From a bacterium UBP13_UBA5359 (lineage in GTDB: Bacteria; UBP13; UBA5359), in NCBI GenBank assembly GCA_002410925.1, contig DHPR01000019.1, positions 62,001-113,276 on the forward strand: a DNA stretch of 51,276 bases, read 5' to 3'. The stretch's first letter is position 1, and every line of letters begins with the position of its first letter. The position numbers and the translations under genes were made by a program. Under the pieces are notes generated by a model, which was not told the origin of the DNA, ran no database searches, and worked only from the letters and a program-made list of their open reading frames with translations. This document shows, piece by piece, positions 1 through 11,032 of this stretch.

Positions 1-1
1 A

Positions 2-1831
<1,830 letters not shown>

Positions 1832-1845
<14 letters not shown>

Positions 1846-2323
1846 TTTTAACCCTCTTTATCATTTCCTCCGTCAAATGCCTTCTGTTCTCTTCATCCAG
1901 CATATCGGAGAGAACCCTGGCAGCAATATCGACGGACATCTCAGAGGCTTTCTCTCTTAATTGCTCCTCGACAACGCGCCGCTGTTCTTCCAATTCACCC
2001 CTGGTTAATTCCATCAGCTTGGCACGTTCCTGCTCGGTTTTTAGCCTGATCTCATTGCGTATGGTCTCTCCCGTCTGATTTGCCCGACTTATTATGCGCT
2101 GAGCCTCTTCTGAGGCAGATGCTATCTTTGCTTCATAATCATGACGCAATCTCTCAGCTTCCGTTTTCTCTCTGGATGCATGCGATAAAAGGCCATGAAT
2201 TTCAGCATTTCTTCTGGCTAATATCTCACTAAGAGGCTTGAACAATATCAAGCGCAATATAACCAAAAGAAATAGAAAATTGCCCATCTGCAGCAGCAAT
2301 AATTTCCAGTCGATCTCAAACAA
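1832..2323 (-). CDS. atpF: F1Fo ATP synthase subunit b
   Basis: N-terminal TM (QMGNFLFLLVILRLILFKPL) followed by a charged coiled coil; operon position. Confidence 0.95.
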
Positions 2324-2337
2324 GACTATTCAACCTC

Positions 2338-2604
2338 TCAACCAAAAATTCTGGCGTACATAGGATTGGCAAACAAAAGCAGCAGAGAGACCAATAGCAC
2401 ATAAAGAACCAGCGCCTCAATAAGAACGATACCCAAAATCATACTGGTTCGGATATCACCGGCTGCTTCAGGATTTCTAGCCATCCCTTCAAGCCCCCTG
2501 GCTATAACTTTTCCCTGTGCGATAGCAGCTCCAATAGCTGCCAGGCAGAGCGAAAATGAAGCCGCCAACATGGTAATGATACCGAAAAGAATCTTTCCCT
2601 CCAT
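2338..2604 (-). CDS. atpE: F1Fo ATP synthase subunit c
   Basis: Two TM helices with an ARNPE loop and the ion-binding Glu in LIEALVLY. Confidence 0.96.
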   Translation of the reverse strand: MEGKILFGIITMLAASFSLCLAAIGAAIAQGKVIARGLEGMARNPEAAGDIRTSMILGIVLIEALVLYVLLVSLLLLFANPMYARIFG

Positions 2605-2681
2605 CTTACCTACCCCCTACTTTGAATGCAAAATTCCGGATTTTACATCTCTGCATTCAAGTTATTTCTTTCTTTAGTTCT

Positions 2682-3401
2682 TTATTCATTGCTCTGAGAT
2701 ATCTCATTCGCTTCGCTAAACCCCGCCAAATCAGCCATGTAAATTGCCGCCAGTATGGCAAACACCAACGCCTGAATAAAAGCTATAAGCATTCCGATAA
2801 GCATCATAAAAGGCGGTAACAGCAGCGGCAATATCAGCTTGGCTATCAGCGGCAAAATGGCCAGGATAATAGCCAGCGAAAGATCGTCCCCCACTATGTT
2901 GGCGAAGAGCCTTACAGCCAGTGAAAAAGGCCTGGCTAACTCACCGATAAAGTGCGTGAAAAACATCAGCGGCGCCAGAAAGATCGAATCCCCGGTATAG
3001 TGCCGTATATATCCCTTAAGTCCACGATTCTTTACACCGTAATAATGGCTGGCTATGAATACTACCAACGCTAGAGCCGCAGTGGTGTTGAGTGAAGCAG
3101 TCGGAGCACTCAAACCCGGTACTATGCCCATAATATTGCATATTAATATCAGCAGGAAGAGCGTTCCCAGAAAGGGAATAAAGCCGGCGCCCGCCGGACC
3201 CATAATAGTTTCAACCATATGCGTGAAGAATTCCATAATGAATTCAAAAGCATTTTGAAGTGGTCCCGGCACCACAGATAGCCTCCTTCCGACCGCCAGG
3301 CTGAGAACAATGAGAATGAGCATGGCCAGCCAGGTCATAGTAATAATTGTCGGGACACCGGGAATATTGATTAAAACAGGGGTTTCAAAGGCACCGTGCA
3401 T
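2682..3401 (-). CDS. atpB: F1Fo ATP synthase subunit a
   Basis: PTASLNTT, LARPFSLAVRLFANI (essential Arg), IQALVFAILAAIY. Confidence 0.96.
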   Translation of the reverse strand: MHGAFETPVLINIPGVPTIITMTWLAMLILIVLSLAVGRRLSVVPGPLQNAFEFIMEFFTHMVETIMGPAGAGFIPFLGTLFLLILICNIMGIVPGLSAPTASLNTTAALALVVFIASHYYGVKNRGLKGYIRHYTGDSIFLAPLMFFTHFIGELARPFSLAVRLFANIVGDDLSLAIILAILPLIAKLILPLLLPPFMMLIGMLIAFIQALVFAILAAIYMADLAGFSEANEISQSNE

Positions 3402-3696
3402 CTCTTTCCGCCCCTTTCCGCCGCGATTTTCTATAGCTGATAATTACATATACGATATCCGTCAGAACGATACCGGCCAGCATTATCACCAGATTGAGAT
3501 GCAGCCATAATACCGAGATCGCCAACCCGATGGCATAGAGTAAAAAACGCCCGAAACATAATAATATCGCTTTAACGTAATTGAAATGTTCCTTACGTTC
3601 AATCCCCGCTGTTATGATATGCAACAACCATACCCCGAGCATACCTATACAGATGCCCATTATCAGGCTTATAAAGAGTACCGATAAAGAGATCAC
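3385..3696 (-). CDS. atpI: ATP synthase subunit I-like membrane protein
   Basis: 103 aa, hydrophobic with about 3 TM segments, RFLL motif, overlaps atpB start. The call rests mostly on position. Confidence 0.65.
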   Translation of the reverse strand: MISLSVLFISLIMGICIGMLGVWLLHIITAGIERKEHFNYVKAILLCFGRFLLYAIGLAISVLWLHLNLVIMLAGIVLTDIVYVIISYRKSRRKGAERDARCL

Positions 3697-3914
3697 TTTC
3701 TTCTCCCCAAAGAAGCAGCAATTTCAAAAAGATTGATTATGCCTGCAATCATTCCCACGATTGTAAATAATACCGTCAACCAGGGTTCTGTGCCCAAACG
3801 CCGATCCAACAGATAACCTATACCAAAGCCGATAACTGTTGCCAGAACCATAGCAATGCCTACGCTGGCAGCATCTATAACCCCCTTATAATCAAAACCG
3901 CGATTTCGGCGCAC
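3693..3914 (-). CDS. AtpZ/AtpI family (ATPase gene 1) small membrane protein
   Basis: GFGIGYLLDRRLGTEPWLTVLFTIVGMIAG is the typical signature; first atp gene. Confidence 0.88.
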   Translation of the reverse strand: MRRNRGFDYKGVIDAASVGIAMVLATVIGFGIGYLLDRRLGTEPWLTVLFTIVGMIAGIINLFEIAASLGRRK

Positions 3915-3930
3915 ACAGCATCAGCTCCTG

Positions 3931-5109
3931 CTATAATCTGGCATATTTCAAGAACTTTTTCAAGCTCTCTTCCATATTTCCACCCTGCACTCGCATGCGT
4001 CTGGCAATTCTAGCTAACTGTTCTTCCCCTATATACTCAAACCAACTTTCAAAATGGCCCTGTTTGAGATGATAAATACCATCCTCAGGATTATTCTCAG
4101 CAATAGCAAGCAACTCATCAGGATTACCGGCCTGCTGTCCGGAGCGAAAGACAAAGGCCTGCCCATTGAAGACATTATTCTGCTCTACCTGAGTCAAAGA
4201 GGTTTCGCACTCAAAGCAAGCAGAAGCCCCCTTCAGGTTGATACTCTTGCAGTCGGGGCAGATAACTGTTCCCAAATCCAGAATAGCTCTGATCTTGTCA
4301 CCCATCTCTTCCGCAGATTGAAAACGATGGCTGATATCATATTCGATAGCTTTCATAACCAGTGCGTTGGTCATGGAGGATATCGACGAATTCAGCTTGC
4401 GTACCGGCTCGACCTGGACAGCCTTGCCCCGGCGATCCGGTTTCTTCTTGGATAGCATATAGTACAATGTGGCGCCCAGAGAATAGACATCGCTTCTGGC
4501 TTCAGCATAACCCATATACTGCTCGGGAGCGGCATATCCGGGAGTGCCGCCCCGGGGAGCACCTTTCTTGCTCTGCTTTATCATCCCGGCCAAACCGAAA
4601 TCCACCAGAACTATCCGCTTATCCGGCGTTAACATCACATTTGCGGGTTTTAGATCTCTGAAGATTATCGGCTCCGGAAGCGAATGCAAGTAAGATAATA
4701 TATCGCTGATCAAAGCACCCCATTCCAGGACCTCTCTCTCAGACAGATGCTTGCCTTTGTGACGAGAGACTACTTGCGACAGGTTTATGCCCTCAACATA
4801 GTCCATTACCAGATAATAGATACCATTATCTGCAAAATAATTATATAAATGCGGAATGCTCTCATGAGTTATCTGCGAAAGCAACCGTGCCTCTCTTTCA
4901 AAGAAGAGCCTTGTCTTTTCCCGGTCTGAAGATTCTGTAAAGTTGCTGATCATCTCCTTGACGGCATAGATCGAAGAGGTCTTCAAATCTTCTGCTTTAT
5001 ATACTATACCATAAGCACCCTTCTGAACGACAGAGATTATCCGATATCTGTTACGGAGAACGGTGCCCGGCTTGAGAAACTCTACAACCTTATCTCCACT
5101 AAAAGCCAT
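3931..5109 (-). CDS. Hanks-type Ser/Thr protein kinase with a double zinc ribbon and a small C-terminal domain
   Basis: AVKEM, FRDLKPAN, DFG, GTPGYAAPEQ, SDVYSLG; CPDC...CFEC; no TM segment. Confidence 0.93.
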   Translation of the reverse strand: MAFSGDKVVEFLKPGTVLRNRYRIISVVQKGAYGIVYKAEDLKTSSIYAVKEMISNFTESSDREKTRLFFEREARLLSQITHESIPHLYNYFADNGIYYLVMDYVEGINLSQVVSRHKGKHLSEREVLEWGALISDILSYLHSLPEPIIFRDLKPANVMLTPDKRIVLVDFGLAGMIKQSKKGAPRGGTPGYAAPEQYMGYAEARSDVYSLGATLYYMLSKKKPDRRGKAVQVEPVRKLNSSISSMTNALVMKAIEYDISHRFQSAEEMGDKIRAILDLGTVICPDCKSINLKGASACFECETSLTQVEQNNVFNGQAFVFRSGQQAGNPDELLAIAENNPEDGIYHLKQGHFESWFEYIGEEQLARIARRMRVQGGNMEESLKKFLKYARL

Positions 5110-5132
5110 ATGATCCTCTCCTCAGCTACATA

Positions 5133-5162
5133 AATATAGTAAATATGATGGCATATTTGCAA
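5133..5162 (-). promoter_or_regulatory. Possible sigma70 promoter for the kinase-atp operon with an overlapping inverted repeat
   Basis: Minus strand TTGCAA-18 nt-TATATT; inverted repeat AAATATG-n4-CATATTT at 5141-5158. Confidence 0.4.
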
Positions 5163-5180
5163 TCCGGACCATCTATCAAT

Positions 5181-5777
5181 TTAGTTAATATAAAGCTCCT
5201 CCTTTAGTATGTAATCCGCTACAATATCCGGTACCAGATAGCTAATCGATCTTCCTGTGCGCAATCTCTCCCTAATAGCTGTAGAGGAGATATTTATACC
5301 CGGAGTAGCGATCACATCTATCATCGGCAGATATTCTTCGGATACCCGCTGTGCCAGCGCATCTATTGCATATCCGGGACGAGTGACGGCTATAAACCGG
5401 CAAAGAGACATTAGATCACTTACCCGGTACCAACTTTCGACCTCCAGCACGGCATCCATACCGGTAATAAAATATAACCGTTCCGGTTTATATAATCGTC
5501 GGAAATGGCTCACCGTATCGTAGGCGTATGAGGAACCCGGCCTGTCTAATTCCACCCTTGATACGCTAAAACAGGGATTACCGGCAATCGCCAGCGCTGT
5601 CAACAGATATCTATCCTCAGCGCCGACCACAGGCATACTCAACCTATGCGGCGGATTAGCTGCCGGGACAAAGATTACTCTGTCAAGCTTGCAATGCTCG
5701 CGCGCCGCCTCTGCAGCAGCCAGATGCCCGTTATGAATGGGGTCGAACGTACCACCCATAATGCCTAAACCGGTCAT
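5181..5777 (-). CDS. nadD: Nicotinate-nucleotide adenylyltransferase
   Basis: GIMGGTFDPIHNGH (HxGH motif), FITGMD, ISSTAIRERL. Confidence 0.96.
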   Translation of the reverse strand: MTGLGIMGGTFDPIHNGHLAAAEAAREHCKLDRVIFVPAANPPHRLSMPVVGAEDRYLLTALAIAGNPCFSVSRVELDRPGSSYAYDTVSHFRRLYKPERLYFITGMDAVLEVESWYRVSDLMSLCRFIAVTRPGYAIDALAQRVSEEYLPMIDVIATPGINISSTAIRERLRTGRSISYLVPDIVADYILKEELYIN

Positions 5778-5847
5778 AGACCCTATCCTCTTACAGGCAT
5801 AATTAGCGCCCCAAGCTAGCCCGGGGCGCCTGTAAAAATCCTAATAT

Positions 5848-5876
5848 AGTATATAATTGCCGGCTAGGTATGTCAA
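5848..5876 (-). promoter_or_regulatory. Sigma70-type promoter of nadD
   Basis: Minus strand TTGACA (5871-5876), 17-nt spacer, TATACT (5848-5853). Confidence 0.75.
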
Positions 5877-6763
5877 GGAAAACACGGCACCATCAGGGGC
5901 AGAGAACGTGGTACTATGGACACCTCCGCAGGAGTATTGCCGAAGAGATCGCCATCCAATTGCATCATGACCTCCGGCTCTGATTCTATGACCACATGGC
6001 GAGCACGGAAGTACTGCACATCCGGATGATGAAGGTGGCGCTCTCTGAATATATCCACCATCTGATGCAGAAAACCGATGCGATCGGTCATGGGACGCTC
6101 GAAAATGCATATATCCAGAAGCCCGTCATCCATGCAGGCATGGGGAGTGACCTTTAACGGATAACCGTACATAGATGAATTACCGATAATAGCAGCAAAG
6201 GCTTTAGCTTGATAAGTTCGGCCGTCCATCTCAATGCTCATCTCCGTGGCCTGATAATAGGTCAGCGCTTCCAGGCTCTTCAGCACGTAAGCAGAAGGCC
6301 CGATAATATCTTTCACCGGCGGATGAACATTGGAAACCACCTCAGCATCGAAGCCAAAGCCGGCCATCAATGTGAAATAGCGCCCTGCCGCCATACCCAG
6401 ATCTATTCTACGGAGAGTGCCGTCCACCAATACTCGGGCTGCACGAGGCAGATCAAGCGGAATAGCCAGCTCCCGGGCCAGAACGTTGACCGAACCCAGC
6501 GGTAGAATTCCTAAAGGCGTATCCAAACCTGCCAGACCGTTGACAACCTCATTTACCGTACCATCGCCGCCTACGGCCACCACCAGATCATAGCCGTCGC
6601 CGGCCGCCTCGCGAGCCAGCCTGAGTCCGTCACCGGGCTCTCCCGTCAGGCTGATTCGGCAATCCAGGCCAACCTCGCTCATTATATGCATCAGCCTATC
6701 ACGAGCGACTTTTGGGCGTCCCTGCCCAGCCGCAGGGTTTAGAATAAGAGCTGCCCTGGCCAT
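5873..6763 (-). CDS. Diacylglycerol/lipid kinase family protein (YegS/DagK-like)
   Basis: ILNPAAG, VGGDGTVNEV, LPLGSVN, GFGFDA, QLDGD. Confidence 0.93.
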   Translation of the reverse strand: MARAALILNPAAGQGRPKVARDRLMHIMSEVGLDCRISLTGEPGDGLRLAREAAGDGYDLVVAVGGDGTVNEVVNGLAGLDTPLGILPLGSVNVLARELAIPLDLPRAARVLVDGTLRRIDLGMAAGRYFTLMAGFGFDAEVVSNVHPPVKDIIGPSAYVLKSLEALTYYQATEMSIEMDGRTYQAKAFAAIIGNSSMYGYPLKVTPHACMDDGLLDICIFERPMTDRIGFLHQMVDIFRERHLHHPDVQYFRARHVVIESEPEVMMQLDGDLFGNTPAEVSIVPRSLPLMVPCFP

Positions 6764-6778
6764 AGTTCCTCCTTTCGT

Positions 6779-8521
6779 TCATACTCCTCTGGGCATCCTG
6801 AGCTGATAGCTGGTATGCAACAGCTCATGAGCCTTTTCGCTTAGGGGCTCGTCTAAAAATTCCTCATATATACGGCGTACCGCAGGATTAAGATGAGCAC
6901 AGCGTACCGCCTTGCCGCGATCCTCAGCATAGATGGCTTCTATACGTTGCCTGCGAATAGTATCGTCGGTGGGCAACGGCTGTCCGCCGCCGCCGATGCA
7001 ACCGCCGGGACAGGCCATGATTTCCAGAAAATGGTATTTCTCCCGTCCTTCCCTGACGGCATCCAGAACCTGCCGCGCATTGCCCAGACCATGAGCGACA
7101 CAGATACGATACTCTTGTTTCCCAATAAGAATAGAGCCTGCCTTGATGCCGCCGAAGCCCCTCAGAATAGGAAATTCCAGCCGCTCCCCCCCCTCAGGAT
7201 CTAAAACTGCACCGACAGTACGCAGAGCGGCCTCCATCATGCCGCCGGTAACTCCGAACATGACACCCGCTCCGCTGCTCATACCCAGAATAGGATCAAA
7301 ATCTTCATCCGGCAGCGAGGGCAGATTTATCTCATGCAGATGCAAGAGATCGGCAAATTCCCTGGTGGTTAGCACCGCATCCACTTCCGGCAAGCCTTCG
7401 GCAAGCATCATCTCCGGACGCTTGATTTCAAACTTCTTGGCCGAACAGGGCATGACGGCAACATTAAAAATGCGTAATGGGTCTATACCGGCTTGTTCGG
7501 CAAAATAGGTCTTGGTCAGAACACCGGTGATCTGTTGCGGCGATTTAGCCGTAGACATATTGGAAATAAATTCCGGATAAAATTGTTCCATGAATTTGAC
7601 CCAGCCCGGAGAACAACTGGTTATCAACGGAAAGGGGCCACCGTTTTTGAGCCGCTCCAGCAACTCATAACCCTCTTCCATAACGGCCATATCGGCACCG
7701 AAATCCGTATCGAAAATCTTGTCAAAGCCCAAACGCCGCAGCGCAGAAGGCACCTTGCCGGTCAGCAAGGTACCCGGTGGCAGGCCGAACATCTCACCGA
7801 TAGACGCCCTGATAGCAGGTGCTACCTGTACCGTACAATAGATATCGGGATTCTCTAGCGCCTCCTCTACCTGAGATATATAGCTCTTATCCCTGATGGC
7901 GGCCACAGGACACTTCAGCAGACACTGACCGCATAAGACGCAGACGCTCTGGCTGAGTTCACGGTCGAAAGCAGGTAAAACTACCGTAGAGAACCCCCTG
8001 TTGACGAAATCCAGAGCATAGACCTTCTGTACTTCCCGGCAAACCCTGACGCATTTACCGCAGAGAATGCAATACTCCGGGTGCCGGGTAATGGCCTCAG
8101 AGGAAACATCCTGTTTGAAATGACGCCTCTCGCCCTCATATTTGTACTCGCTGATGCTGTATTCACGGCACAGCGATTGCAACTGGCAGCGTCCATTACG
8201 AATGCAGGTCTGGCAACTGTGCGGGTGATTAGCCAGGATGAGCTCTATAATAGTGCGCCTGGCATTGCGAACCTCAGCGGTGTTGGTGCGTGCCGTCATA
8301 CCCTCCCGAACAGGATAAGAGCAGGCCGGTTCCAAACGGGTGGAGCCGCCCGGCCCCTCGACCTCCACCACACACATGCGACAAGCTCCTCCGATGGTAA
8401 GCTGTTTATCATGACAAAGAGTAGGAATATGCACACCTATGGACCTGGCTGCCTCCAGAAGAGTAGACCCTTCCGGCATCTCGACGGTAATACCGTTAAT
8501 TGTCAGCTTTACATCCTTCAT
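6779..8521 (-). CDS. hydA: [FeFe]-hydrogenase group A catalytic subunit (HydA/HndD-like)
   Basis: N-terminal 2Fe-2S, HxxxCxxCxxxxxC and 2x[4Fe-4S] motifs; H-cluster motifs TSCSPGW, MPCSAKKFE, EIMACPGGCIGGGGQP. Confidence 0.96.
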   Translation of the reverse strand: MKDVKLTINGITVEMPEGSTLLEAARSIGVHIPTLCHDKQLTIGGACRMCVVEVEGPGGSTRLEPACSYPVREGMTARTNTAEVRNARRTIIELILANHPHSCQTCIRNGRCQLQSLCREYSISEYKYEGERRHFKQDVSSEAITRHPEYCILCGKCVRVCREVQKVYALDFVNRGFSTVVLPAFDRELSQSVCVLCGQCLLKCPVAAIRDKSYISQVEEALENPDIYCTVQVAPAIRASIGEMFGLPPGTLLTGKVPSALRRLGFDKIFDTDFGADMAVMEEGYELLERLKNGGPFPLITSCSPGWVKFMEQFYPEFISNMSTAKSPQQITGVLTKTYFAEQAGIDPLRIFNVAVMPCSAKKFEIKRPEMMLAEGLPEVDAVLTTREFADLLHLHEINLPSLPDEDFDPILGMSSGAGVMFGVTGGMMEAALRTVGAVLDPEGGERLEFPILRGFGGIKAGSILIGKQEYRICVAHGLGNARQVLDAVREGREKYHFLEIMACPGGCIGGGGQPLPTDDTIRRQRIEAIYAEDRGKAVRCAHLNPAVRRIYEEFLDEPLSEKAHELLHTSYQLRMPRGV

Positions 8522-8569
8522 AAACTCGCTCCTTCACCTGCCACCGTTATTGCCGGCCGCTTGCTTATT

Positions 8570-11032
8570 TCATGTCCTGGCCACAGCGTTGAACGGGCAG
8601 ACCTCATAACACTTGCCGCATTTTATGCAGGTATTCTGATCTATGACATAAGGCGTCCCCTTAGATCCGGAGATGCACTTAACCGGGCAGTTTTTGGCAC
8701 ACAGGCCGCAACTGCGGCAATTATCCAGGATATGATAGGTCAGCAGAGAGCGGCAGACTCCGGCCGGGCAGCGCTCGTCGTTGATGTGAGCCAGATATTC
8801 ATCCTCAAAATAACGCAGGGTTGAAAGCACCGGATTGGGTGACGTCTGCCCCAATCCGCAGGAGCTGGTGCGCTGGATAACATGGCAGAGATTACGCAGA
8901 TCATCTAGGTCGGTCAATTTTCCCTGCCCCCTGGTTATGCGCTCCAGTATCTCCAGCATACGTTTGGTGCCCTCTCGGCAGGGAATGCACTTACCGCAGG
9001 ATTCGTGCTGGGTAAAGCTGAGAAAGAAACGAGCAAAAGAAACTATGCAGGTGCTGTCATCGGTTACGACCAGGCCGCCGGACCCCATAATACTGCCTAA
9101 TTCTTTCAATGAGTCATAATCCACAGCCGTATTCATCAGGGCACTGGGGATGCAACCTCCGGATGGGCCGCCGGTTTGAGCAGCCTTGATCTCGCCGCCC
9201 TCCGGCGCACCTCCGCCTATTCTGAAGATGATGTCGGCCATGGATACCCCCATAGGCACTTCTACCAGACCTGTATAACGCACTTTGCCGCTGAGGGAGA
9301 ATATCTTGGTGCCCGGACTGCTCTGAGTCCCCACCGAACGGAACCACTCAGGACCGTGTTCCAGTATCAGCGGCACATTGGCAAAGGTCTCTACGTTGTT
9401 GACGCAGGTAGGATGCCCTCCAAAGCCGTGCTCGGTCGGATAGGGCGGCTTATTTCCAGCCATCCCTCTTTTGCCTTCGAGGCTGGCGATCAGAGCCGTT
9501 TCCTCGCCGCAAACAAAGGCCCCGGCTCCTTGAAATATCTCGATATTCAGATCATAGCCGGAGCCCAGGATGTTATCGCCCAATAGCCCATAACGCCCGG
9601 CCTGCTCGATGGCCGTCTGCAGATGCTTTACGGCCAGAGGGTACTCCGCCCGCACATAAATAAAAGCCTTATGAGCTCCGATGGCGTAAGCAGCGATTAT
9701 CATGCCCTCCAGAACCCGATGCGGATCGCCCTCCAGCAGGCTCCTATCCATAAAAGCACCCGGATCACCCTCGTCAGCATTACAGATCAAGTATCTGATC
9801 GGATCCTGCTCAGCCCTGGCGGTTGCCCATTTGCGCCCGGTAGGAAATCCGCCGCCGCCTCGGCCGCGCAGACCGGATCTGGAAACTATGTCTACGATCT
9901 CCTCCGGAGTGCTGCGGCGTATTGCCTTGTAAAGAGCAAGATAGCCGTTGCGAGCTATATATTCATCGATATTACGAGGATCTATGCGTCCCATATTGGA
10001 GAGCACACGCCTCTCCTGGTTCTTATAAAAAGGTATGTCGCCCTCCGTTCGGCAGTCGCCTGAGTAGAGCAGCCTCTCTACCGGTTTGCCGCCGGCTATA
10101 TGCTCGGCGACTATCTCCGCTACATCCTCAGCTTTAACCCGGCAGTAAAAGGCTTCCAACGGCTTTATCTGTACTACCGGCCCCATTTCGCAAAGGCCCT
10201 GACAACCCGTTTCCACTATCTCCACATCTTGCAGCAGGTTATGCCGGCTCAGTTCTTCTTCGAAGAGATGCCGCAATCCGGCGGCACCCCCTGCTTCGCA
10301 GGTCAGACCCTTGCAGAGAAAGATATGTGCCTTATATCTGTCGGCCTCACGCCGCAGAAGATTGCGTAATTCACGGCGATAAGCAGCGCATTGCTCATCA
10401 TCGTGACATGGCCTGTTCTCCAGTTTGCAAATTAAGAATTCAGGACAGGGCGTGCCTTCGGCGCTTCGGCATTTATCGCAGCATCGGTCGAGAAAGCTTC
10501 GCTCTTCAGCCACAATGCCGGTTTCCTTCTGACCGGTACCGACAGGCTCCTCCACTCCTTCCAGCAAGGGCTCCGCAAGCTCCCTGACTTTGGCCGGAGT
10601 CATATGCCCATATACTTTGCCGTCCAAAACCATAGCCGGCGCAATGCCGCAGGCACCGACACAGTTTACCTGCAACAGCGTAAAGCGCCCGTCATCAGTG
10701 GTTTCGCCCGGTCTGATGCCCAGCACAGAGACCAGCTCATCAATAATCCTCTCCGCTCCCTTAACATGACAGGCAGTGCCGTTGCAGATTTCCACTACGT
10801 GAAGCCCTCGGGGTTCACGGCGGAACTGGGCATAGAAAGTAACCACACCATATATTCTGGCTACAGGTATACGCATAACCTCAGATATCAGCTCCATGGC
10901 CTCTTCCGGCAGATAGCCATACATATCCTGAGCCTTCTGCAATACCGCAATCAGATGCTGCGGACCGAGATCCGGCCAGGCAGACAATGCCTGTCTCAGA
11001 GGTTGCAGATCCGCTTTGGGCAGATTATTCAA
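8570..11032 (-). CDS. Fused hydrogenase diaphorase subunit: NuoE/HydC-like domain, Cys-rich linker, thioredoxin-like 2Fe-2S domain and NuoF/HydB-like domain with C-terminal 2x[4Fe-4S]
   Basis: CNGTACH...CVGAC (NuoE-like); CKGLTC...GCQGLCEMGP; GLRGRGGGGFPTG, NADEGDPGAFMDR, GAGAFVCGEET, CGKCIPCREG; two CxxCxxCxxxCP motifs. Single 820-aa ORF directly upstream of hydA. Confidence 0.93.
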   Translation of the reverse strand: MNNLPKADLQPLRQALSAWPDLGPQHLIAVLQKAQDMYGYLPEEAMELISEVMRIPVARIYGVVTFYAQFRREPRGLHVVEICNGTACHVKGAERIIDELVSVLGIRPGETTDDGRFTLLQVNCVGACGIAPAMVLDGKVYGHMTPAKVRELAEPLLEGVEEPVGTGQKETGIVAEERSFLDRCCDKCRSAEGTPCPEFLICKLENRPCHDDEQCAAYRRELRNLLRREADRYKAHIFLCKGLTCEAGGAAGLRHLFEEELSRHNLLQDVEIVETGCQGLCEMGPVVQIKPLEAFYCRVKAEDVAEIVAEHIAGGKPVERLLYSGDCRTEGDIPFYKNQERRVLSNMGRIDPRNIDEYIARNGYLALYKAIRRSTPEEIVDIVSRSGLRGRGGGGFPTGRKWATARAEQDPIRYLICNADEGDPGAFMDRSLLEGDPHRVLEGMIIAAYAIGAHKAFIYVRAEYPLAVKHLQTAIEQAGRYGLLGDNILGSGYDLNIEIFQGAGAFVCGEETALIASLEGKRGMAGNKPPYPTEHGFGGHPTCVNNVETFANVPLILEHGPEWFRSVGTQSSPGTKIFSLSGKVRYTGLVEVPMGVSMADIIFRIGGGAPEGGEIKAAQTGGPSGGCIPSALMNTAVDYDSLKELGSIMGSGGLVVTDDSTCIVSFARFFLSFTQHESCGKCIPCREGTKRMLEILERITRGQGKLTDLDDLRNLCHVIQRTSSCGLGQTSPNPVLSTLRYFEDEYLAHINDERCPAGVCRSLLTYHILDNCRSCGLCAKNCPVKCISGSKGTPYVIDQNTCIKCGKCYEVCPFNAVART

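Noticed and set aside
2338-2604. Na+-translocating or N-type ATPase
   Set aside because: The c subunit lacks the E-S/T signature, and the gene order with a separate delta subunit is standard F-type.
8570-11032. Respiratory complex I nuoE/nuoF
   Set aside because: No other nuo genes are present, and it is adjacent to an H-cluster HydA, so it is the hydrogenase diaphorase module.
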